From: Trichosphaerium sp. ATCC 40318
Taxonomy: Eukaryota > Protista > Tubulinea
Direction: 5' to 3'
NCBI GenBank assembly: GCA_038496445.1
Contig: JALMLS010000064.1
Coordinates: 620,001 to 684,000, forward strand
DNA: 64,000 bases
Each line of letters begins with the position of its first letter. Positions within the stretch are counted from its first letter, which is position 1. Positions 50,504-61,542 of this stretch are shown here, one piece after another. Position numbers and translations under genes: made by a program. A model generated the notes under the pieces. The model searched no databases. It was not told where the DNA came from and worked only from the letters and a program-made list of their open reading frames with translations.

Positions 50504-51070
50504 ATGTCGGAGCAATATTCTGCAGGAACTCGTTGTGGGTCTTGGGAGCTCGTGAAGCCACCAAGTGGCCAATCGTTTTGGTTAAACACAGACACAAAGG
50601 AAACTGCGTACACTCTGCCTCTTGAGGCTAAAATTGCATCTGTCGTAAAAGGTGTCAAAATCTACCAACGTCTTTGTGTTTGTAGTACTAAAATTTTCAA
50701 GATGAGATTAAAAAACAGCGCAAGTACACGCAACATGGTGTCTTAGATGTAGCAACAAACGGTGACAAAACTGTGGAATTCTCTACACCATTTTTATCCC
50801 CGCCTACTGTAATCCTTACTGGTTGTGGGAAAAGACAGTACGATATTTTTTCTGGATTAAAATGCTTTTAGTTTTCATTCACGTGTTTGTTTAGACATAG
50901 CATTGCTTGTCTCTTGCCAGGAAGTGTTTCTACCACTAAGTTTATTTGTCGCCTCATTCACTACGACGGTTCATGGGGTACCTTCCTTAAATGGTATTTT
51001 GGCGAAAGACGATAACATTTGCTTAGAATTAGGGAGCATTCATTGGATGGCTATGGGAGGTCACGATTAA
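50504..51070 (+). CDS. WW-like domain + H-type-lectin-like domain small protein
   Basis: WELVKPPSGQSFWLNTDTKETAYTLP (WW-like). QHGVLDV...VEFSTPFLSPPTVIL...VSTTKF...IHWMAMG (H-lectin/discoidin-C-like). Three introns. Confidence 0.65.
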
Positions 51071-51329
51071 TGCAGAAATTCACAACTGAATCTTGTTGTA
51101 TTGCTTTGTATTTAGTATTTTCTATACACTAGTCTTGTAGCTGGCACCTTTTGATTGCTAGCTTGATATCACTTAATAGCTCTAAAGTGTTCCGTGGGGT
51201 TGTGTTGAGTTCTACCTTCGTAACAGTTCAGCTTTCGTTACTGTTACCAGATGCTTCCTGGTGATACCGGATAGTTGTCTAACTCTTTGGTATGGTTTCA
51301 AGTGAATCAGTTGTTAATTTCGATCTGAT

Positions 51330-53440
51330 TTAAGAGTTTCCTTCACGTAGACCTGCCGATACAATACGTGGTGACATGATTGTATTTTTCATTGCTAAAG
51401 AATGTTATGAAGTAAGGGAAATAATTTCGACAACTGTTATTACTCACCTAGATTATGCACCCAGTTTGCATCCAGCTCAGAGCCTTGATGAGCATTACCT
51501 TTATACTTAGAGAAGGGTATACGAATATGGGGTGCTTGGTTCATAATAGTAGCTGCTAAACTATTCAAATCTCCATTTTTCCACCAATAAGGAACAGTTA
51601 CCAAGTGGATGCCTAATCACATATGAGCTAACATTCAAAAGTTTGAAAACAAAACCACGTGTACCTGCATCTGCACATAATTGACTTTTCTCAATATCAC
51701 GTGCTTCATATATTCCCGATGGTGATGAGTTGCATACTGAGTCGTGATAGTGTTGTTCTCCTATGATAACATCAAAACCCCGTAAAAACGAGTAAAATAC
51801 ACCACAAAGACTTTGCTTACCTTGATATTCAATGGCGAGTTCGAATGCTGGAACGAGTATATCTACAACGCAAAGTGTTCCTGTTGAATGTAATGATCCA
51901 ATACGATGCTCTGAGTACACTTGATGTCCCTCAAATAATACCATAATGCTATCTTGTAGCCATCTAGTTTTTTGATAAGTGTAAAGAGCGATTTTTGTTT
52001 TATACCTTTGTTTTGCTTTCTTTTGTAGAGTGAATCGGTTCCAATCCCAAGAAGCTGTTGGATACATTGTAGCTAATACCATCGGAAAATACTGTGATAA
52101 TCCTGAGCGTGCTATTCTTGCAATTTCCCAGTGTGAAACTGAATACCTGTGCGTTTAGTTAGACTAACAACAACAATATCATAACAAAATTTTTTCCCTT
52201 TGCTCGGCAGTCAGAAGCGTAAACATTTAAAACCGTGGATTCAACATTAAGTTTTTAAGGGACAACCTCGCTAGTATTTTGATTGATCAACAACGTTGTA
52301 TGACTAATTGACTGCCAGCATCATAAACGGAAATATAATTTTTTTGCTTATTCGTACCATTCTTCTGGTGATTTAATGTCCAGGCTGTTTTCCATACGCT
52401 TTAAGTAAGTCATAGCATTATCTGATTGAGACCAAAATCCTTTTGGCTTGCTACAAACAAAAGCAAAGTAAGAAAAAAAAGAGAAACGAACTTGAAGTGG
52501 ACCAAGTGAGAGCACTTACCTCTTGCGCTTAAATGGCAACTTCACATTGTAAATTGTTTGAATGGCATCATGGAGGGAATTGTACCTGACAAATACCCAA
52601 AACAATTAAGTTACATGCCAGTGTATAACGGTTGTACCTCCTAAGTACATAGTCTCCACCATGCGAAGATGCATCACGAAAAGAAACTTTATTCCAAGCA
52701 TCAAAAGTCTTCACATTTAACTTACTACCAACATCATTAAAAAGAGCACGTTGGTGCATCATATTATCCCACCATCCTGGCGGTACATAGCTAAATATGA
52801 ATTAATCAAAGCTTGATAACAGGTCAAAGTACCCGAATTTTACTGGAGACCACGTGTGAGTCGGATACACAGATTGCAGGGCAAGTAAGAGTGACATACT
52901 ATATCTATACAAGCAGTTAATTAAAGGAAATAAACTGACCTCTTTGTACCTTCCCATAAGCGTGCCACCTCCGTATTCTATAACATCCGCAACTGTTACA
53001 CTATACCAGTCATCTAGCATTTTGATAGATAATTTTGAAGCGATAACGTCGAGTTTTTCAACATGGTTTTTATGATCGTCCCAGTAACCTCTTGGTACTG
53101 TTCTAGCACGTGTTAGTGAACTAAAAAATTAAGACCTAAGCAGTTGTACACCAGTGGTACAGATTTCCAGTCTATACGAGGATACACAGTTTGTACAATT
53201 TTTTCGACGCTGTGGAATCTATCTATGAGGAATTGGCCGCCATGCTTCTCCACTGTTGCCTGCGTTACGTGATACCAATCTACTATGCGTTTTACGTTTA
53301 ATTTAGATCCTAAACGTTCCAAAAAGTGTGAATAATACTCTATTTCGCGTGTTGTCACTATGTAACGTATAATTTAGCTGTCACATTACATTGTATTGTA
53401 AAACGGATATCGTACCTGCTTGGCGGGCTGCATATCGCAT
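51330..53440 (-). CDS. Four Trp-rich repeats + PD-(D/E)XK/RAP-like nuclease (paralogue 2)
   Basis: ATG 53440 (MRYAARQA|VTTRE). Repeats DWYHVT..GG, PRGYW..DDWYSVT..GG, PPGWW..DAWNKVS..GG, PKGFW..EEWYSVS. C-terminal VVDILVPAFELAIEYQG|EQHY...RDIEKSQLCADAG|IHLVTVPYWW. Confidence 0.8.
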
Positions 53441-53524
53441 GGTAAACTGTATGGAAGTGCTCTTTAACCAATGATCGCCAATAAACAGGTTTAAGACTAC
53501 TGCTGTTGACTAGCCAGCATAAAC

Positions 53525-54434
53525 ATGCGACTCGTATCTCTTGACGCCACGGGAACATTATTCAGAGTGCGAGGCTCTGTCGGTGACATTTATGTAAGTG
53601 TAAATGTCAGTACATACCTAAAACATCAAAGGCAGGTACAGCGAAGAAGTACAATGTCGAGGGAAGAAGTAAAGACTTGACAAAGGCGTTTTTCACAGCT
53701 TATAAGCAAACATCTGTCCAAGTACGTATTTATCGTACATAATGTGCTGATATGCATTGTTGAGTCCAAATTTCGGGTTTTCACAAATGAAAACGAAAGA
53801 TTGGTGGAGGCTAGTTGTCAACAGAACTTTTTCAGGTGCTGGCGTTTTGACAAATGATCAACAAATGGATGCAATATTCTCAGATGTTTTTAACGACTTT
53901 AAAACAAGAAAAGCTTGGGAGACATACCCCGAAGTTGAACCATTCTTAAAAGAAGCACAGAAACGTGGATACAAACTTATAGTAATTTCAAACTGGGACG
54001 AGCGCTTGGTGAGTGAGAAAACTACCTTTTTTTTAAAAGTTTGACAGTCACTGGTGCCTTGTCAAGTAACTTTGCGTAGCATCAAGTTCTTGATAGTTTA
54101 GAGCTTACAAAGTATTTTGATAAAATAATAACATCAGGTGAGCAAGGTGTTGCTAAACCAGATCCAAACATTTTTAAACAAGCAATTTCTTCTTTTGAAG
54201 TAAAGCCTTTTGAATGCTTACATATTGGTGACAGTAAAGCAGAAGATTTTGAAGGTGCCTTGGTATGTTTTAAATTAAAATAATGAGCGGTTACACATTT
54301 TGCTTACTTCTACATTCTAGAGCGCTGGTCTTAAAGCAACATTACTTGCACGTGATATGGCAACAAATGTAGATAAAACAAATCAAAGCATTAAGACGCT
54401 TACATGGGATAATGTCGATTTGCAACTATCTTAG
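53525..54434 (+). CDS. HDHD3: HAD-superfamily hydrolase (HDHD3/REG-2-like)
   Basis: MRLVSLDATGTLFRVRGSVG.IY; VISNWDERL; KPDPNIF; LHIGDS...DFEGA. Confidence 0.88.
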
Positions 54435-55233
54435 TAAAAATATCTTTTGTGGCACTTCAATCGTTTTTGATTCTGTCGAAAAATTCTTACAATACGCTTT
54501 TGTAAGCATGTCATACATTTGTGTACTCGGCAAACGCTTCTAATTTGCTGAGCCACCTTCGTAAGGGCGCTAAGTCTTTGTTCTAGCAAGCGTATTTTTG
54601 GACAGGCCGTACGTGCGTCATAGCTGCGATATAACGTGTCAATAGTCGAAATGTCTGTGGTCACAAGATATAACGTTTAAAGGGTATTATTATTAACAGA
54701 TTCTTTTAATTTCCATAGTGGTTAGAAAACAATTTTTCGACTTTGTAGCCGTCTTGTATAGTGTAGAAATATGTTGTTGAGGCTCTAGTTATTTTAATTG
54801 CCCTACATATAGCCTTGGGCCTTCATAGCAGCTTGCGCACGTTCTTGCATAGCCATTTGTTTTGCCATCCATATAGGACCCAAGATTCTATTATTCTACG
54901 CGTAAGGTGGTGGTTTTTTATATTATTTTGGTGTTTGGATGAAGTTTTAAAAAAAATAGTTTACTACGTACTCGCCTGCAGCGTCGGATTTAGCGAGGGC
55001 GCTAATATTATAATATTAGTGAGTTCCAAGTGTATTTGTGCGTACTTTTGAATACATTTTACGTCATCCCCAGACAGCCTACCCTTCGTGGCAAAAGTAT
55101 CATCAATGCACCCTTCAAAAGCATTCATTGTGCTCACTTGCAGTGATTTACCAATAGCTCTCTGAAAAACCAGTTGTCGCTTGAATTGTAGGTCTCTTTG
55201 AACTTGATTATTATTGGCACGGAACCTCTGCAT
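54431..55233 (-). CDS. Hypothetical protein, multi-exon; structure uncertain
   Basis: ATG-initiated ORF at 55233 plus further exon-like segments bounded by GT-AG; no domain recognised. Confidence 0.35.
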
Positions 55234-55255
55234 GGTGTTAGACGCTAAGAAATAA

Positions 55256-56078
55256 ATGTTAAAAAGTCAAAGCAATACAATCATGACTGAGTTCAAAGCC
55301 ATTATATTCGATGTTGGTGGCGTATTTAGGGATTCTAGAAGCGCACTTGATCATTGTTTTCAAGCAGCATTCAAGAAATACAAAGTTAATATAGATTTCT
55401 GCGCTGCACATGTATATCAGTTGCGAGGGTTAGAGAGATTTAATAATCTGTCAAATGCTACAAAAGCCCTTCTAGTTACTAACGGGAAAGGGTTAAATAG
55501 ATATCTACAAGATAAAGAAGGCGAACAAACGCTCTGGAATCGAATTACAAGCGAGAAAGTACTTATTTCACTTAAACGCCTCTGTTAGCGTAGCCCTATT
55601 CTTACACATGTAGATAGATGAAGATCTATGCACTAACATTGTCACTGAGTACAAACGCGTTTTTAACTCTGAATCAACAGAACCGTTAATAACGCTTATG
55701 GGTGATGAAGATAAGCTAAAGGCAGTCGCGGCTAACTATAAACTCGGAATCCTTTCAAATGGGTCAAGAATAGCGCTTGAGAGAGATCTTGGGAAGTTAT
55801 TTAAATACTTTAGTTTTGTCGTATCTGAAGCTCGTAAACCTGACACTACAGCGTATTTACAACAACTGCAAATGCATGGTATCAAACCAGAAGAAGCATA
55901 CTACGTAGGAGACGCTTGTAGCGATGTGGCTATGGGTAAAGCAGCTGGAAGTAAAACGGTAGCAGTGCTTTCTGGTATGGGTACAAAACTTCACTTGGAA
56001 CAAGCACAGCCTACAATGTTATTTGAAACCGTCGATGGTTTCCTTGACTATTGCATAAAGCGCTCACAAGCGATGTAA
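55256..56078 (+). CDS. HAD-superfamily phosphatase (phosphoglycolate-phosphatase-like); start may be 55283
   Basis: AIIFDVGGVFRDS; GILSNG; RKPD; YVGDACSDVAMGKAAG; one intron. Confidence 0.85.
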
Positions 56079-56239
56079 CAATACTTTTAAAGATGTCAAG
56101 TGTAGGTAGGAACAATTTTTAGTCAAAAAAAAAAAGGTTTGCTTGTATTACTGTCTTTATCATACACTTTGTTAAAATCGTGCAACAACACATCTGCTTT
56201 CTTTATTAGTAAAAGTTGATGTTCAAGATTTACCTTCAA

Positions 56240-57816
56240 TTAAGACGAGCTTGTGGTCTTGTCAGATTTTGATTTCTTGCTCTTGCTTTCTGATTTCTCA
56301 GATTTTTTGCTTGTACTTTCTGATCTAGCGGACTTTTTCTTCTTTGACGACTTTGATGAGGACGACTTTTTAGACTTTGTAGACCTTGCTGATTTGGATG
56401 ACTTTTTCGATTTTCTTGACACTAAACATTTTTAGCCTGTCATTTGACACTTAAATGAGAAAAAATTAGGAAAGTTACATACGTTCTTCGTCTTCTTGAC
56501 TTCCAGTTTGTTCTTTATCACTTTCTTCTTCGTTTTTTTCTTCCTTGTCCCAATGTTTATCAAAATCCCATTTAAATGTACTTTTACCGCCATAAGCTAC
56601 TTCAAGATTATCTTCATCTATCCACTCCAACAAACGAGATGTTGAAGAAGTAATAAATACTTTCTTCTTTGTTTTTGCATCCACAAACGGAGATATCATC
56701 TATTCACAGAGTAATAAGTAAATATCTTATCTAGTGAACAATGAACAGTCAAAAAGGGTTTAACGTACATTCCAAAATAATGTGAATGCAAAAGGTGCAT
56801 TGAAGAAAATTACAACACCCAGGCGTTCTAAGACATAGGAAGTTAAAATAAAAAAACTTTTATTTTTCGTACCTGGATAATGGTTTTGAAGTACGCTTAG
56901 GACTTCTTGTGATATTTTCATATTACCTAATCCAGACACATGTGTGGCATCTAATTAAAATTGATAAGAAGAATTGCACAACAACAGACTATAGTAAGAG
57001 AATGTTAAACCGACCGTACCTTTAAGATCACAAACCCAAGAAAGTTTATCACGTCCACGAGTTTTCCTAACACGTTCGTTAACCCGAAACATGTCATTGT
57101 CAAGGATTGCTGCGATCATTCCTTTTTGATACGCGTAATTTTGCATAGTAGTATGAAACGTACGCGAGAGCTGTTGCTTTTTCTAGCAAGTAAACTAAAT
57201 ATTTAATTTTAAAGTCTTTTTCTGGTAACCCTGTGTTGTCGAGACCAGGTTTCATCCATAATATTGGTCTGCCCAACTTATCGTAACCGTTCCTGTAGTT
57301 TCGGTTGAGTTAGAACCTCGTTTTTTTTTCATTTATTTTTTTGAGCGAACCTGTACATTTTTCCATCGTTTTTAAGTTCTATCATGACATCCTATGGCAT
57401 AAATATGTCAAAAGTAGCGATTCGTTCCCAATTCGTACCTTGGCTGTTATTTCTGTTGGTTTTGCTTCTCTACGCCATTTTAGTGTTCCTAAAAGCATGT
57501 CTGACGCTTTATCCATTTTGTACTCTCTCGCTCTATTTACACGGTGAGAAATTGTTAACAATAAATGTACAAAGTTAACTGACCTCAAGTAACGGCATAG
57601 TGTAGCATCGTCACACCAAGCCTTTTCTTCAGCGGTGATATCTGGTAATAATGTTTCTAAACTATTTCTAAGCGTGTCTAAAGCCTCTGTTTCACTCTCA
57701 TTCAGCAATGACCGTATCGTTCGTGGGTCATAGTCGCCAATAAGAAAGTTATATTGCCGATCGGCTTCAGCCTTCCTCTCAGCCTCTTTTACAGGGTCTG
57801 GCTTGCTCCAGAACAT
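56240..57816 (-). CDS. CRAL-TRIO (Sec14-like) lipid-binding protein with Ser/Lys-rich tail
   Basis: DDATLCRYLR|AREY, NGYDKLGRPI, LQNHYPERLG, NAPFAFTLFW, ISPFVDAKTKKKV, LEVAYGG. Confidence 0.9.
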
Positions 57817-57985
57817 TTTGCGTGCGTTTTAATACTTGAACAAAAGGGAAGCTACGTCAGTTAACCGGTGCTAAAACAAGAGTATTGTAGTACTCTAATG
57901 ACGTCGGAGCAAATAACAAATGTTCCGACTTTGGTCACCAAATCTATGCTAATTTTTTCATTTTTATTGTACAATGGTTTATTTC

Positions 57986-58895
57986 TCATTCCACGTATCC
58001 AGCAAATCCATTACTAGAACGAATGTCGTATACCTATTTTAGCACGTGTCAATATTGAGTAATGCAAAATTCAGTCATTGGCGTACTGTAGCATTTCCCT
58101 TGTCAGAATCATGGCAAGTGGTTTCCTCCTCATAGTGGTCATCAGTTGTGTTTGTGGCAGCTGGCACAATTGGAGCATCAGAAGGCTTGTCAGCGGAGTA
58201 AAACTTGTACACTTCTTCTTCTTGTACTTCTGGCTCTTGCTCGTCTTTTTGTTCTTCTTTGGGAGTCACTATATCCTCCCAGGAAGTTACAATCCGCACT
58301 GGGTTAGGCTTTGGTTCCTTTCGTACGACCTTGGCAGGAGCATTTCTTTTTTTTTGGAAAGTCAAAGAAGAAACCCACTTGCATAATGTGTCAGCGAGGA
58401 AATCAACTCTTGGCCTTGCTCCATTCGTCAATACAGAATGTGGATCTTTTAGAATACTCCACTCGCCGTTAGGACCCTTTTCAAAGGGTCTAACTGGAGG
58501 GATTACGAGGGTGTCACTCCAAAGTACAACGTTTGATTTCTTTCCAGCTATGATTATTACGATACATGCACCGTCTACCCAGTGATCCTATTTTAGCGCA
58601 ATGTTAGCGCGTGTTTAGGTGTCACAGAGATAAAACTGGATAAAAATACCTTTTTAGTCTCCCACATGCCGTTTTCTATGCCAATCCAATAATTTGCTTG
58701 ACGTTTTTTACGTTTTGCGCCGTAAGCTCTATTCATTGCGCCCTTCTTCGTTTCATTCTTCCCAATAGGTTGTGGACGTACTCCTGACGGTATGTGTAAG
58801 GCCTGTACGGATGCAAAAGGCCAGGCGCGCGTAACGGCCTCTTTCTTAATGTAACTTGCTGAACCCAACACAATTACGCTTTTCTGTCTGCTCAT
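57986..58895 (-). CDS. Non-canonical purine NTP phosphatase (YjjX/NTPase_I-T family) with acidic C-terminal extension
   Basis: LGSASYIKKEAV, SGVRPQPIGKNETKKGAMNRA, IGIENG, DPHSVLTNGARPRVDFL. Confidence 0.8.
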
Positions 58896-59191
58896 TTGGT
58901 GTCACAATGTTGGGGAGTTGAACAACTGAAATCTCGGCAAATTTTCGTTCTCAGGAAGATTCATAGCTTTTGAGTTGTGTTTTAACTGAAATCAATAATT
59001 TCATCACTATTTTTCCATTTTTAATCTCAAAGATGATGTTGACATGGTTGAAATATTACTCTGTTGTCCGTACTTGCAAGCCGTTAGTACAGTTTTTGTA
59101 AATTAACAGTGAGCTAGAGTTCAATTACTTTTATTGTATACAAGGGAAGTTATTCATAAAAGTTCGAAACAAACCTGTCTTCGAATAATTT

Positions 59192-61487
59192 TTATTCAAC
59201 TTCAACATTAACTAACTTTACAATTATCGAACGAATAATAGGTTCATTGGTTATAGCTTCCAGAGCTTGATGGACATTAAACTTGCCTAGTGTGAAGTAC
59301 GTTAGTAATAGAGCACAATTTATCTTAAAAGTATCTGTTAACCTGTGGCAAGCATAATTGCTATTGGGATAACATTCTCAACATCATTTGCTTTTTCAAT
59401 ATGTTCTTGTGGTTCCATCTTCTTTATATTATCATCTATACTGTCTTTACGGTATATAGACTTCAATAGCGCCATTCTTGAACATTCAGTGTCAACATTA
59501 GCAACTGCAGAGATAATTTCAATAGTCCTCAAGTACAATTTGTAGTTGCTAGAACGAAAAGCGTTAACAATTGTTACGCATTATTTGTAGACTAGGACTA
59601 GTTTTGTAATACGTACCATACACCCATGTTAATCATTGTATTCTGGTACACTGTACCAGCTATTATACAAGCACTAGTCGTAATTGCATTATACACAAGC
59701 TTGCAACTGAATTCTTCCAATAATGTTGAAGGACTCATAATTTGTTTGTCTGATAACGACACGTGTACTACCTAGTATAGAGAGAATAAATAAAATGACA
59801 ATGTTTATGTAATACGTACATCATTAAATGCGTTTGTACCGGAAATGACATGTCCACCACACAAAGCAATATTGACAAGTCCTGTCTTACTCTTTTTTTC
59901 GTTCACTTCTTTGGCGAGTTCCACAAAGATTTCTGCCTCTGACTGGACTGTTTTTGCATCACGTGAGTTACTATGTACTTGGTTATACTATATTGATGTA
60001 GGTTCTTCTCAAGTACCTTGTAACGATCGTACATACTACCATATCGTTTTCGTTCAACTTTGGCAAGATGTCTTCACGAAAATCTTTCAGTCCCATCCTG
60101 AACAATGGACCACATGTTGACACTTTAGCACCAGTTTTAAATTCAAGAGCTTCTGGCGCCCCTAGTACAAAGCCTAACAAAGCATTAGATACACAACAAC
60201 ATAATCAGAATGAAGCGTACCTCTGATTGTATGAAGGGACATGCCGTATGTATCGAACATCTCCGAAGCGTCTATGAAACCCATGACTCCAACTGAATCA
60301 GAACCAATGTAATAAACGTGACCTTGGCTCTATTGAAGGTACAGTCAATAATCAATAGTAAGCATTATACTTATAGTAATCGTTATACCTTAAGACACTG
60401 ACCAGCTTTGTCCATGAGAACATCTAACCCTTTAGTGAGGTACGTCTGGCGATAAATATGTTCATATCGAGATAACAATGATGTATAGCTCGCGTATTGT
60501 GGTTTGTTACACCTAAATATGGATGAGGTTTAAAAAAGCAAACTAAGTTATTATTCGTTTTCTACCTTGCTTGGACTACTAACGAGCAGATTGCCTCAAG
60601 TACTATTTTAGCTACAGATCCGCCTTTCATTCTTGATGATCCAGTAACTGACTCTGGTCCTACTATACAAGGAAGCACAAAAAATCTTTTCGGATGAGCT
60701 TTACATAAGCTTGTGCAAAGGTTAGTAAAAATTCTTTTATCAATATTGGCGAACCTGTCAATCAATTTTCTAGGAGTGGTGTCTTTTCCATCTATATTTA
60801 AGGTTGTAAGTGGTGCCTATGTAATGTCAGTATGCTGTACACGAAGATTGGGCTATTGATCACCTGCTCTGGAGGATTACAACCAAGTAACATTACTGTT
60901 TCGTAAATATCAGGGTTATTGCAAGCGTAGTTTATTTGTCCGTGTACCCACGCAGCAGAGAGACCGCACGTGACACCAATAAGTACTATGCGTTCATTAT
61001 TGCGCTTGGCATTCTCTTCAGTAACCTGAAGAGAGTCAACGCCCATTTTTGGCGAATCCTCTGGGAGTTCATTTGACAACACGAGAGCTTCGTCTCCACC
61101 AGCGTGACAGTACTCCCAAACGATGTTGGCTCCTGTTGGTGCTATAGAATTCATATTACGGCACGCTAGACATGTGTCAGTGCGATATCTAGTTATTTAC
61201 GTAACTCATGTACGCAATGCGTCCAGAAGTACCACATCCTGTTTGTATGTTAGAAAAGAAGTTATTGTGCTCATCGCACCAGTGAATACGAATCTATAGC
61301 GTTTTTTTGGTTGTATTGTACTACAAAATCGCGTAATCTCATCCTTTAGCTCGAATATATTGCAGTATTGTTGGAAACCAGCGAATATTTGTTGGTCTGT
61401 TTGACGCAATATTCTTAGTCTCCCTTTGGAACTTGTGATATCTATGTCAACTGACAACGAATTGCTAAGCTCGGTAATGCGTTTCAT
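59192..61487 (-). CDS. GCKR: Glucokinase-regulatory-protein-like double SIS domain protein (GCKR/MurQ family)
   Basis: ITELSN.LS.DID, LRQTDQQIF, GCGTSGR, AGGDEAL, GVTCGLSAAWV, VGPESVTGSSRMKGGSVAK, DASEMFDTYG, KLVYNAITT, GTVYQNTMINMG. Confidence 0.85.
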
Positions 61488-61542
61488 ACTGAGATTAAGC
61501 GATGGTTTTCACGTTTTGCCACTCATTGCCCTGCGTCACTTG

